Positions 28,561 through 41,506 of a DNA stretch of 64,000 bases are shown in pieces. How positions within the stretch are numbered: the stretch's first letter is position 1; the number at the start of each line of letters is the position of its first letter. Source of the DNA: Tubulanus polymorphus (taxonomy: Eukaryota; Animalia; Nemertea); assembly GCF_964204645.1 (NCBI RefSeq), contig NC_134036.1, forward strand, positions 558,001 through 622,000, written 5' to 3'. A model generated the notes under the pieces. That model had not been told where the DNA came from. It searched no databases and saw nothing but the letters and a program-made list of their open reading frames with translations. The translations under genes were made by a program, and so were the position numbers.

Positions 28561-28922
28561 CAGTTGACTACACTAGACTCTGTCCAGCAATTCAGAAAAA
28601 CTAATTCCAGCCACAGCTTATAATTTGCTGGGCTTCTACGAGCCCAAACTAAGAAACAGTGTATGCCCTGCCCCTGCAAACAGTAAACCGACATGTATTC
28701 CAGCTCATCGTAGATCGTCAGATTTCCTGTGAATTTCTCTATTGATTTCTAATGATTTTCGTTGTTGTTCGATACGCAATAATGCACCGAACTAAATGCC
28801 ATCGCCACGGTTACAACAGGGCGTGTATGCGTCGATTAATTAGATTATTCGCTGCCGTAGGAGGGATCACCTGAAATTCATCTTTTACTGGAAAGCAATA
28901 AAAACATTAATTCTATTTCATG

Positions 28923-29054
28923 AGATATTGAAATAGTTCCAGATATTGAAATAGTTCCAGATATTGAAATAGTTCCAGATATTGAAATAGTTCCAGGTAT
29001 TGAAATAGTTCCAGATATTGAAATAGTTCCAGATATTGAAATAGTTCCAGATAT
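28923..29054. repeat. 18-bp tandem repeat, about 7 copies
   Basis: agatattgaaatagttcc. Confidence 0.95.
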
Positions 29055-30291
29055 TTAGCTGTAATACAAAAAATACATCCTTTTTATGTTTTTTGGTAAT
29101 ATATAAAGTGGTGAAAGTAATGCGGGTATTTGTGGTTTTTTTATCGGGTCCAAAACATTTTCAAATCCAAGCATTTTTTTAATAAAGATAAATTTCCTGT
29201 AGGTCGAGTTACATCACGGAATCACAGGTCCTTTGAATCAAACTTTCAGTTCCTACCTCGCTCAACTATTGAGCCTCTTAAATTAAGAAAAATTATTTGT
29301 ATGATCTAATTACATTTTTACTTCAAACATCTTCAATAAAATCTTTAAAATCACAAATCTATGAAACTAGTTCTTCATTTGAAAACATTCAAAAACATTT
29401 CAAATCTGAACTGCTTATAAATTTATTAGAAATCTATTTGATTTTTATTTCTATCATTAGAAGTAAGGCTTTTAAAGCGCCAAGTTTTACGTCATTAGAT
29501 CAATTTCTTACGAAGAAAAATGTATGAATTTCTTGTCGATTGTTTTTCCTAATTAAACTTTAAGGTTAGGGTTAACGACGAGTGAGTGAGAGATGGAGAT
29601 GTATAGTGCGTTGTGTAAAGGTTATTGATATCTGTTTCATTAAACTGGGTGGGACTGAGTGTAGTAGATATAACACGTGTACACACCCTCCTCTCATATC
29701 CTGTCAGCTTCTCTTCATCTCGGGTTTGAAATCAGCGTTTTGAAAATTAATCGAAAATATCACTGAATTCTCTGTGTTTTACTCGTTTTTATTTCCCGGC
29801 AGCAAAAACTACGCGTTTTCGAAAGGATCTGTGCCGACTCGCAGTCCGACTGAAGCTCGTACGTGTTTTACTCTCATCTCCTGCTAGTTGGAGGAGGGAA
29901 TAAGTCGGAGCGAACTCCGAGGATATTTATCGCTTGGAGGAGTTTAAAGGTATCGTGTTGTGTTGTTCTGAGTTTTTGTGTTTTTCGTTGGAAAATATTT
30001 TCAGTGATTTTTATTTTCGCAGTTTGAAGTCATCTCAATTCGAATCAGCCTCAAATTCATATTAAGTTTTCACCATCAATTCAATATTATTTCAAAGTGT
30101 TTTTTTTTAATTGATTTGTTTAAAAAATAATTTTTCCCTCGAAAAAATTGAAGGTAGTCTCGGTTATAAGTCATTATTTGTATAAGTCGTTACATTGCTG
30201 AAGTCGTTTTTGAGTCGCAAATTCAATGTACTGTAAATGTTAGTCATCATTCAGATGTGACGATCGTCTCTGCTTTGACGACTTAAGCCTC

Positions 30292-30577
30292 GGGGTCCGG
30301 TTCCATAGTGAGGGCTTAGACTTAAGACCAGTCTAAGACCAACTTAGTTCTATAGCCAATCTAACAACTTAAGACCAGTCTTAAGATTTAAGACCACTTT
30401 TGGTCTTAAGTCTTGACTATGGAACCGACCCCTGGGTCTCCAGTTGCACAGTCGTGACTTAAGTCCAAAAGTGGTCTTAAATCTTAAGACTGGTCCTAAG
30501 TTGTTAGATTTGCAATAGAACTAAGTTGGTCTTAGACTGGTCTTAAGTCTAAGCCATGACTATGCAACCTGCCCCTG
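30292..30577. mobile_element. Inverted pair of family-1 MITEs
   Basis: 30292-30433 and 30436-30577 are reverse-complement copies, each with its own TIRs. Confidence 0.85.
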
Positions 30578-31208
30578 GTTTTTTCGCAATATTTTTCTTC
30601 AGTTTTTTTTCTCGATATTTACAATAATTCATCATCTAATATCTGTTGAATTATCTCAACTATCGGTGATGATTATTTTCACTTGAAAATGCAATCGATA
30701 TTGTTTGCTAATATCAGGCAAAAATTAACGATGATTTTGATACGTGATGAAATCAAAGTAAATTAGTAACGCGTGGAACCAGTCGCAACCGGAACCGATA
30801 ATGATAATGAGCAATTTGAATCGGTTGATGAGATAGCGATTTTGCCGAGGGCTCCAGGGTGGGGTCTTTAACTGTATCCCGTTTAAAGCGCCTATAGTGA
30901 CTGGTTTCCTATATTCCATCATTGAATATGGAAACCATGGAAACAGTAGATATTTAGGAGTATTTTTTTGCGTAGACGTGGCATTCTTTAAACCGTTGTT
31001 ATCGAACATTCAGTGATTTAAACTCTCTCAGTCCGCCCGCCGTCTGCTCGCCCACCCGCCCGCCCGTCTGCTGTGTTACAGTAAGTATATGAAACGTGTA
31101 GTTCGTAGTTTGATGACGTTTTTTTTAAGAAGTTTAAAAGTTGATGTGATGATATTTCTGTGTTTTATGCGTAAAGTTTTCAGTTGAGTTTAAAACGTCT
31201 CGTTTGAA

Positions 31209-31271
31209 ATGATGGCGGAAAAAAAACGTGCTCCGTTCATGAAGATGGATTCCATCGCCCACGCTATTGAA
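31209..31271 (+). CDS. Candidate PK N-terminal exon MMAEKKRAPFMKMDSIAHAIE (exon begins at 31184)
   Basis: ttttcag acceptor at 31183, ATG at 31209, phase-0 donor gtgagt at 31272. Confidence 0.55.
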
Positions 31272-31282
31272 GTGAGTTCATT

Positions 31283-32066
31283 TACCTGCTTGCCAGGGTC
31301 TGTGTCTGTCTGTCCCCTGCTTGCCAGGGTCTGTCTGTCTGTCTCCTGCTTACCAGGGTCTGTCTGTCTGTCTGTTTCCTGCTTGGCAGGGTCTGTCTGT
31401 CTGTCTCCTGCTTACCAGGGTCTGTGTCTATCTGCTAACCAGGGAATGTGTCTGTCTCAGTCCCCTACTTACCAGGGTCTGTGTCTGTCCTCTGCGTACC
31501 AGGGTCTGTCTCAGTCCCCTGCTTACCAGGGTCTGTGTCTGTCTCCTGCTTACCAGGGTCTGTTTCTGTCTCTGCCAGGGTCCGTGTCTATCTGCCTGCC
31601 AAGATCTGTGTCTGTCTGTTCGCTGCTTACCAGGGTCTGTGTCTGTCTCCTGCTTACCAGGGTCTGTGTCTGTCTGTCCCCTGCTTGTCAGGGTCTGTGT
31701 CTGTCTGTCCCCTGCCTGCCAGGGTCTGTCCTCTCTTGCTTGCGAGGATCTGTGTCTGTCTGTCCTCTGCTTACCAGGGTCTGTGTCCGTCTCCTGCTTG
31801 CCAGGGTCTGTGTCTGTCTGTCTCCGCTTACCAGGGTCTGTGTGTCTCCTGCTTGCCAGGGTCTGTGTCTCTTGTCTCCTGCTTACCAGGGTCTGTGTCT
31901 GTCTGTCCTCTGCTTACCAGGGTCTGTGTCTCCTGCTTGCCAGGGTCTGTGTCTCTTGTCTCCTGCTTACCAGGGTCTGTGGCTATCTACTTGCCAGGGT
32001 CTGTGTATGTCTCTGTGCCCTGTTTACCAGGGCCTGTCTCTCATCCTCTGTTTACCGGGGCCTGTT
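31283..32066. repeat. Degenerate ~27-33-bp minisatellite
   Basis: cctgcttaccagggtctgtgtctgtct units. Confidence 0.95.
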
Positions 32067-33176
32067 TCACATAACTCGATCGTCAAAAAGTCTGACTCTA
32101 AGAGAGTCGACTCATGTCTGTTTGTCCACACTGCGTTATTTAGACCACTGAATGGACACGTGTCCCGTGTAGCCACACAATGCAGCTTGATTATTATTAT
32201 AAACCTTGACCATAGTTTAATAGTTCACCTGTTGTACATAACACATACACAGATAATAACGAGTCACTGTTTATAAGTGTGTCTACTGTTAAATCTGCTG
32301 TTAAACCTGCGTAAAGTAAGTTCTTCTCGAAAATCAGCTCAATCGATAAATTTACACTTCACATTTCGTCTGTTCTCAAATATCGATATTAAATTCGATA
32401 TTTTAAATGTTGAGTTTATTTTTGAATTCTCTTCGAGTGCTTTTATACGTCGTGAAATCTAACTTTCATCGATGCAATGATTTACAATAGAAGCCCTCCA
32501 GTCTAAGTAATAGGCGCTAACAATAGTCGTTTGACACTTGGGGGGTAATTGGCTATAAGCGATCTTCATTCTGACATCATCTCCAAAGGTTGAGCATTAG
32601 TATAATCTGTCGCCTGTAGCCTTTTTAATGGTTTCACTATTGTGATAATTTGATTCCATCATTAGATGTATTACTTAACTTTTAGAAAATAGTAGAATCG
32701 CCCATGCATTCAAAAGTGGCGAATAGATCCATTTTATATTAAAAAGATAAAAAATATGAAAGTGAAAAGCAATAATTTGGGCTGGTTAGGTGTGAAGAGA
32801 TAAATGAGCGGTATATGTTTGGGGGATGGGGACAAGTTGTTTTATGCATTTTATGATGGAATATACATTTAAAGAGAATATAGCTTTCGCTAAGATAAAG
32901 GTTGATCTGTAACAGAGGCAATTCTTATTGTTTATATTTAAATAGAGAAAGTAGAATTTTGAAATGAAGAGTTTACTAATTATGAAGAAAAATTGGCAAA
33001 CGTTGCTCAATACTGAACCACTCTTTAAGTTGTCGAAATTAAACGATTACCTCTGATTTTTAAGATATAGAAATTAGCGCTCCTGGGGGATTAGGGATTT
33101 ATAAAGGATTCGATCTATTTAACTAACTAGAGATCGTTGAGTAATGATGGTATTTTGTGTCTTATGTATTTTTCAG

Positions 33177-33209
33177 ATGGCTCAAATGTTAGCCAGGTCT
33201 GGACCTAAT
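33177..33209 (+). CDS. Candidate 33-nt PK N-terminal exon MAQMLARSGPN
   Basis: Strong acceptor tttttcag, donor gtaagt, phase 0/0, compatible with the 43435 acceptor. Confidence 0.6.
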
Positions 33210-34884
33210 GTAAGTACGATTATCACATTTCGCAATCATTATACTTTACCCCCCTAACCCCCCTAACCCCCCTAACCCCCCTCACAGTCTCTCTCGTCAA
33301 TAAACGTGACAATTCGACCCCATTTACCTCACTCAGGATGCAACCGGGATAACATCACAGGATAGCTGCAGATCAATGATCAGAGATAACACGTCAAAAT
33401 ATGTGGAAACGGTTTGTTCGAATTTGAGAATATTCTGACGCAAAGTTTATCAACTTGAAAAAACAATTGAGTTTACCGGAAGAACAGACGTATTTTTAAA
33501 CGAAAAAACGAAAGATTTTCATGATTCAAAAACTTTTTACAGAGTTTTTAAGAATTTATTTTTACTGAAATATTGAAGTTTGGTGTCTAAAGTGTGGATA
33601 TGTTATTGATTCTGAGTACTGGATAAAAATGAAAAATGCCTTGAATTCCAATCATCTAATCAATACTGAAGATTAATAAGTGAAGTAATAATTATGATAA
33701 TAATTAATTGTGTAGACAATTCTCTTACGGTTGTTAGTTTGAAATCAATAATTTATGAAAAAATACATTCGCTTTTACTGATTTAAGGATTTTCTAGGTT
33801 AAAGATATTAATTTGTTCAAAGATTTCTGAACCCGGTATAAAACGTAACAATGATTAATTCTTTCTGGTGACTGGTTAGTTCGTTGACGTCTACGGAATG
33901 TGTTGAGAGTCACGAGGGATCCCCGTGTGTTGAGGGTCACGAAGAGGGATCTCCGTGCCATGCCTCACACACGACGGCAATGAGTCAGTCCACGGTAAAT
34001 TTCCATCATTCTCCCCCCACGCGCGAGCGCGCGACTAGACTACGACAGCTCTTACAATACCTCTTACACTACGAGGAACTAGGTCAACATCTCTTCACAG
34101 GAATCCCCACTTCTCGATCCTAGCGTTCTGATTGGATAGCTTCGTCTGCGTGAAGTACAGGGAACCCCTTACCGGCGACCCACAAGACACACAGCTGATT
34201 AGAAAACTGATCAGCCAGTATTTTCTGTAAAAAGCTATCAAAGAACATTCCTCTGATTCAACAGCTCTGGATTTGTGACTTTCATTTGAAAACAGTTTGA
34301 TTCTGTCTACTATATAGATTTTATACAGGTAACTAATAAATCTAGTCTTCGTTTGATTGAGGCACAAAGGATTCAGGATTGTATATCAGTTTATTTGTGT
34401 GAGAGGGAGAATCTGTTTCATCACGTGTGTGAAGGATACTACACCGCGCCAAATCTAACAAAGAGTTCAACTATCTATGAACAGTTATCGATATGACTGG
34501 AGCCACAGTATTAGATCAGGAATCATCTAGTAATTCTACATCCTTGAAAAAACCATCATATCATCAACAGCATCATCAGCACAATGGGAAAAAACTGATC
34601 AACGGATTTCATAATACTGTAAGTATTGCCATTCAGGCTACTCTCTAATCTAGCCTCTAAATAGTATCCAGTCTAAAGGGTATCCTGTCCGTAGGGTTAC
34701 TCAGTCTTTAGGGTACTCAGTTTAGGGGTACAACATTCTGTCTAGGGTTTCTTCATGTGATGCCGTGTCTAAATCCATGTTTTAACGAGCTTATCATGGA
34801 TCCGTAGATCCCTTTCTGTTAAAGGTTTCTAAAAAAACCCAGTGTAAGGATCTGTCATGTAAACTATGGCTTTACAGGATATTA

Positions 34885-35117
34885 GTATGAAGGTACCCAG
34901 TGTAAGGGTATCCAGTATAAGGGTATCCAGTGTAAGGGTACCCTGTATGAAGGTACCCAGTATAAGGGTATCCAGAATGATGGTACCCAGTGTAAGGGTA
35001 TCCTGTATGATGGTACCCAGTATAAGGTATCCTGTATGATGGTACCCAGTATAAGGGTATCCCGTATGATGGTATCCAGTGTAAGGGTATCCAGAATGAA
35101 GGTACCCAGTATAAGGG
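34885..35117. repeat. 15-bp degenerate tandem repeat
   Basis: gggtatccagtataa / ggtacccagtgtaag units. Confidence 0.9.
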
Positions 35118-35863
35118 TTGTACTGGGTCCTTTACAACCCAGTTTCAGGATTCTCAGTGTCTATGATGATACCGGTATCCAGGTCATCCCGATACATTGA
35201 TCTGTTTGTATCTGCCTGTCTCGCTGATGTAGAATGTCATAATCTCTTGAGAAATTTCTAAGATTCGACGATTTTTGAAATCGGTTAGAATTATAATTTT
35301 GTCAATGTTACACAGGAAGGTACTGGCAGTAGCATTAACGGTATCAGGAGTCATACAGTTAAAACAAACAGACATGTTCATTCTAAATTCATCGTAAGTA
35401 TTGGTTTTCACTATTTACCGGTGCAGGTTACAGACTCCTCAATAACGGGGTACTTCATATCTACACACTTCAAAACAATCTAACTGCATTTAGATAAAGA
35501 AAGAAATGCTATTATTATTCTTGATAGTCTTAGTGGTAGATATACTTTTGCTTATGTTCAGGAGAAATGAATATTAAATAGGTTTTGTACAGTCAAACTC
35601 TGGTTGAGTCGTCGCATTTACTGAAGTCATCTCTATTTTTGAGTATCAATTTGTATTTCTTATTCAGTTTACTAAGAATAAGTTTTGATTTGGATGAGTA
35701 ATCTACTTTAATAATGATCATGGTGCCAATTACAGTGACTACGACTGAGTTTGACTGTTCTAATGGTGGTAGAATGCTTCGCTTGTATCTATAAAAAAAA
35801 ACTGCAAAAATCTTTCTTAACTCAAAATGAGCTGAATTCGTTAAGATTCTTCATTAAACTGTA

Positions 35864-35938
35864 ACCCACAGGATCCAGTTCGACAGGAACCCACGGGATC
35901 CAGTTCGACGGGAACCCACGGGATCCAGTTCGACGGGA
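35864..35938. repeat. 24-bp tandem repeat, 3 copies
   Basis: acccacgggatccagttcgacggg. Confidence 0.9.
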
Positions 35939-37013
35939 TAACATCGATGAGGTTATCAAATTAAGCCATAAGTTCTACTTGTGAGATACTTGATCGTAAG
36001 GTTGAATTTTGATTCTCCGTCTCCTGCAGGTTTTATAATTGCGCCTAAAAATGTTTTTTTTTGTCAAACAATAGATTGTTACCCAATAATCTGATAGTAA
36101 TTAAGATAAGTAATTTTGAGATCTGGTGTCAATGACCAGGCATGGTGTATTCACGTGATCGAGGGAAATGTAGGCTAATTTTTTTAGGTACAATCAACCT
36201 ATGAATATAGGTGTTTAAGTGTTCATATAGACAACTTGATTGTCACCCAGAAATATTTGCACCCTTCAGAAAAAAATAAAGAACCGAAGAATTTGTGTAA
36301 TAATTTCAATTAGAGTTATTGTCACTTTTGAATACAGAGGAAACAGTTGAAATAGTTAAAACTTATCAGCAAAAGAATTTTGATTGTGAAATATTTTAGG
36401 TAAGTTTTTAGTTTCGATAATGTTGAGTTCAATTAGATAAATGTAAACTGAAGTTGACAGATATTATGGTCGTTGAAAAGATAAATTCGTGAGTTTATCT
36501 GTAACAATGAAAGTTCATGGTGGACAGAATTTATCAGCGAATATTTCGCAGAGTTCATTTCTACTAAATTTGGAGAGATAAGATTGTTTTGACGAGCCGT
36601 CAGTCTTAGACAAGGTAGGGGTTCATGTGGACCTGTACACTGCGCTGGGCTGAGTTTCTGCTGTCTCTTCTCCCTTGCATTATTAAGACGCGGACATGAA
36701 ACCTTGAACGTGATCAGTGGGTTAAAAGGAAATTTAGAAACTTAAAAATTTGATTATGTCTGACGTTCTAATAAACTTCATAGTATCCACTAAAAATAGA
36801 TTTAGTGAAACATCTGTTGTTTTTGACAGAACTTGTTCCATTATTAATGGTTCGTATTTATCGTAAACGATTGAATAGGTTTGAGAACAGGCGTTCGACC
36901 TACCCTGGATTAAAATACATATTAACATACATAGACTGACACTGTATGCGCGCTATATCGAGTTGATATATCATAACTTTCATATCGAAATATATCAAAT
37001 ATACGTCTGGAAC

Positions 37014-37229
37014 ATGGCTGATAGAAATATCTCGAATTTATGGTCGTATTCCCACGACGACGGGTATAAAGATTTTATCGGAACTAAGATGATAATCGGG
37101 CCGCCGGCTCCTCCGCGGGGCGTAGCGGGCGTCCCGGAGAGCACGAGGGAGGACCCGCCTCTGATCGGAGCTATGTTTGTCGATGAGGGAAATGTAAAAG
37201 TTAATGAATTCTATAATTCACTACGGCAG
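37014..37229 (+). CDS. Candidate alternative first exon of PK, 72 aa (MADRNISNLW...FYNSLRQ)
   Basis: aacATGg context, GC-rich coding-like composition, phase-0 donor cag|gtacga. Confidence 0.5.
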
Positions 37230-37502
37230 GTACGAAATATTGTTATCACATCGCTGTATGATATTTGAACTATGTTTGACCCTCATGTTTTGCTTGTATC
37301 TGCTGACTGGCTATTCCTGATTTTCATTTTCCTGATTTTTTTAATTTGTTTGATGTGTACAGGAATGTGAAGAGACATCGAGCGTCTGTGAACTTTGGTA
37401 ACTGATTAGTTTGAACATTTTCTTTCATGTATTAATGAAAGTCTCCTGAAAAAATTAAACTTGTTTCCGATAGCATTTTTCCAGAAGTGTCCGTACCTAT
37501 AG

Positions 37503-37736
37503 CAGGGTCCGATCTAAGGAATAAGAACCACTTGCCCGGGGGCAAGCATATCTGAAATTTTTATTTGCCCCCTCAAAAATCTACTTGCCCAGCAGTTCAA
37601 CTGTTGTATCGATTGGCAAAAAGCATTGAGACATAAAATTGCACTAGCCCGGGGACAAGTCATAATGATAACCTACTTGCCCTATTGATAATATACTTGT
37701 CCCGGGCAATCGGACGAGTGCTTAGATCGGATCCTG
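37503..37736. mobile_element. MITE with CAGG termini (hAT-like), 16-bp TIR
   Basis: cagggtccgatctaag ... cttagatcggatcctg (1 mismatch), flanked both sides by CTATAG; internal acttgccc subterminal repeats. Confidence 0.8.
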
Positions 37737-39933
37737 CTATAGGCCCTTGATTGTTGACATTCTATCTGAATTGGTACTGAGTAAGAGTTTGAGAAATATG
37801 GTAGACTCTGCCTCTTACTAGATCATCAGTAAAATTAGGACCGGTGAATTTAAAAAATACTATAAACCAGACCAGACTTGCTCTTATCAGAAAATTGGGA
37901 TCTGCAAAATGCCCAAGTTGCGCTGGTCATTGATATAACTAGCCGTTAGTCCACAATGCAGTGACCTTTTCGAGACCTATTTAGTATAGTACGCTTGATA
38001 CCTCATGATTATAAACCTGATCGCTGCTAAACATATACAATTAAATTGTTGACTGGTACTTAATGAGTGGGTCCCCCTCCATGAAATTAGTCCACTCTAG
38101 TTTCTAAGAGATTTCTAAGAAGTAAATTCTAGGATATACCGTGTCCGTAAGTGAAAAATCTGAAACGGTTTTCTGGCACATGGAATTATATGAAATCAGT
38201 AGAATTAACTGACTTGTAGAAATAACAGGCTTTATTAGTGATTGTCACTGTAAAATTATCTATATATCTACCATAGTATAAACCGTATGGTTCGCATTAT
38301 GAATGAATTTATGAAAATTTGAAGAATTCTGAAAACTGGATTTGGATATTTTGATAATGTACGCGATGTATAAGAAAGGTCTTCGCAATGGATCGCAGGA
38401 AATTAGAGTAAGCTTTTTGATTTCTATTCTATTCTTGAAAGTGTGAAATTAAGCAAAATGAGGTGGATTTGAAATCAGTTGCTATCGGCGATAACGGTTT
38501 CCTATTGTTAACAAACTCATCTTGCATCAGAAAATATTCATAAAAAGCCTCTTGGAAAAGAAGGTAAGAAATGAAATGATGTTGATTTTTCTTGAGATGC
38601 CATTTATCGTATTCGGGTAGGTTTTTGAAGTTTTTTTTCGCCATGGTTTCCTTCGATTTGCCGAGTCATTAAATCGCGGCGAACAAACAATCGTATCAGC
38701 TTTAAACATCGATCAATTACGATTTTCTTTTTTCCGTGCCGTCGGTTAAAATGGAGAATCAGTAAACGGCGCACGTAAATCACTGAGATCTATTTCAGTC
38801 AAGTATTGATTTCCGGGTCGCCGATAATAAATATTCGATTTGAAGAAAATGTGCTTCATACAATATACAGAGCTATGTAAGAGCTTCTATTTCCCTTCGA
38901 CATTGGTCTAAAATTAGGCTGATGATACGAACACCGAGTCAAACCTTTGACTTTCAGTTTTGATAAAAAGTTCAAGCGATAAAAACTGTTTTGAAAAGTT
39001 CTGCTAATAATAATTTTTCTCTTCCTGACGTCTTGTTTCAAAGTGTTAGATTTATCAAGTTTTGATTGATGATAATCCACTTCCTTCTAGGTTTATACTT
39101 ATAGCTGAAACAATCTTGGACCCTCCTTAAAAAGTTGATATAAAAATGTATTCATTGTCCTTAATTTGCTGTGGTTTATGGAAATTTCCCTAAGTATTAA
39201 TTTGTTGAAATAAGTTATAAGTTAAGCCTGGTAATGAGTTAGCTTTTAAGATGTTTGATTAGATTTGTAGCCAACCTGAGTCTTAGGATGCTGAATTCCT
39301 AGAGCTCAGTTTTATGCAGCCAAAACCTGAAGTCAATTCAGTCTGATATTAAGTCAATAACTGAGGTATATTTTTTACTGAAATATGTTCCCATTAAAGC
39401 GTTTTTTCTTCTCGAAGTTTTACAGAGTTATTCTGTCTATATTTGCTGCTAGCATTTGAAGATGCAGAGTTTTATATCAATAACACCAGAAATCAATAAA
39501 CATTACTCTCTCTCTCCTCTGTGTGTGTGTGTGTGGTGATAGATGAATTTGGGTGGGGCTCCTTGAATTTATTGACAAAACGAATTTTCAACCACGTTAG
39601 CATTTCATCATCATCACCGGTTGCCGTGTATTACGCACACGCGGTATTGTTGCCAGCGGTCGTCAAGGAGTAATATTAACGTCGTTCTATTGAGTATCGC
39701 CGTAGCAACTCTTTAGAGCGGGCGGAAGGTTTTTTTGCGGTGAATAAAACCTGGATTTGGAAACACTTTCCGACTGTGACATTCCGCATGATATATCGAT
39801 ATATTCGCAGATATGCAGCGGCGACATCTGTCGGTAGTTTTACGAACTATTCTGAAAACCGATGAAACTTTGAAAGCGTTTTTCTCGATGGATTTTCAGC
39901 CGCCGTTTCCTAGAATTTCCTAGAAATCCCAAG

Positions 39934-41506
39934 ATGGCCGGCGGAGACGACCACGCGAACAAAAACAGTTTCGATCGCCACGACGACGGACAATCGGATA
40001 TAAGTTCGATAAGGTCGTTGCAGAAATCGTCGCGAGGTGACGGTCAACCCGGGTGTTTCGCTTGTTTTAAAAAACGGAACCGTCGTCGTGACAACGACCT
40101 CGACGACAGCGACAACGAAGACGATATTAACAATGAAACAGCCGTTGCTAAGCAGCCGGATGCAGCTGCTGCGGAGGAGGATGTGAATCAGGTGGAAGTG
40201 GTCGTCCACGTGGAAACGCCCGACGATGAACCACTTCCTGCAACAATCAACAATAATGAAGCTACAGTTGCCGTGGAAACACCTCAGAATTCGGGACCCG
40301 TCATGGAGACGTTATCAGTATCAGTAAGAGAGATTTTACATTTTCTGTTTATTGTTCACTGATTTATTTATTGTAATCGCACAAATTTCAAACACATCAG
40401 ATTTATCATAGAACTGACGACCAGACAGGAATCTGTAGATTACACTTTCAGGATGAATTAGTCTTTCACAGGTCGATGACGTTTGGTTTCTCTATTTCTA
40501 CTCTGATATCTCACAACTCGTTTGTTTTTGAAGGATTCTTTTTCGTCATCAGGTTTTGTTAGATTTTCGGTTTAAGGAGCCTTTAAGTTTCCGGGAGGAA
40601 GTTACTGTAGACCGCGATCTTGTAAATCACATCGTGACGCAGCAGCGTTGGTGATGTCATGGGTATCAGGAATTTAAAATCAAGTTTTTATCCGTGAAAA
40701 AAAATCTTAAATAGAATAAAATATTTGCTTAATTCAGTCTTAGTCATTTATCTCTATCTTGTCAGTCAGTATCCTCCTAGTATCCAGTCAGTATCCACTG
40801 GGTATCCAATGAGTATCCAGTGACTATCCAATGAGTATCCAGTCAGTATCCAATGAGTATCCAGTTAGTATCCAATGAGTATCCAGTCAGTATCCAATGA
40901 GTATCCAGTCACCATCCAGTCTCAGTATCCTGTGGTTATCTGGTTGCATCGAGAGGGGGTCAGTTTCTTGGCGCACGCACTCATTGACCCCACCGGTTAT
41001 CTCGGTTTTTATCGGTTTTTTAGAAACAGTTTAATTTCGCGCAAGCGGCGATGGCGCGCGCCACGACGATCGAAGAGGTCGACCAGATCTTCAACTACGT
41101 GAATCGCGAAGACAAAGAAATCGAACGTCACGCACAGTCGCCGTCGTGGATACGCATTCTACACGAGGTGAAGAACATCGCCGAGGAAACCACGGCCGGC
41201 GACTCGGACAACAATAACACCGGCGGCGGTTCGTCGCCGGGCGACGACAAGAGTAGATCGGAACACAGTATGGATATCGATTCACCGGTGTCGCCGATAT
41301 CCGACGAGCGTAAGAGTACAGCGTTCCGGTTATTCGGCGGTGGCGGCGGTGGTACGGAGTCGTCCGGACGCAGCGCCGCCGCAGCCCGCGCCACGGCGTT
41401 AACCCGGGCAATGCGATTCACGCGATCGTTCTCTCGCGAGTCGATCGACTCGCAATCCGAGGAACTCGTCAGTCCCGGAGACGACTGTATGCAACGCTCA
41501 ACACAG
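39934..41506 (+). CDS. Candidate long PK N-terminal extension; exons 39934-40323 and 41024-41506 (291 aa, mostly disordered)
   Basis: aagATGg start; donor gtaaga at 40324; acceptor ttttttag at 41023; donor cag|gttaga at 41507; all phase 0; CpG-rich codon style like the other exons. Could instead be a separate gene. Confidence 0.6.
40765..40930. repeat. agtatcca-based short tandem repeat
   Basis: agtatccaatg / agtatccagtc units. Confidence 0.85.

Noticed and set aside
31209-32276. Cys-rich ORFs of 355, 276 and 208 aa in three frames
   Set aside because: They are translations of a stop-free minisatellite; only 31209-31271 looks like a real exon.
33249-33281. (CCCCCTAAC)n telomere-like run
   Set aside because: Three copies of a 9-bp unit; a simple repeat, not a telomeric array.
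37363-37397. Possible 35-nt exon after the 72-aa candidate exon
   Set aside because: Length is not a multiple of three and phases do not fit the phase-0 chain.
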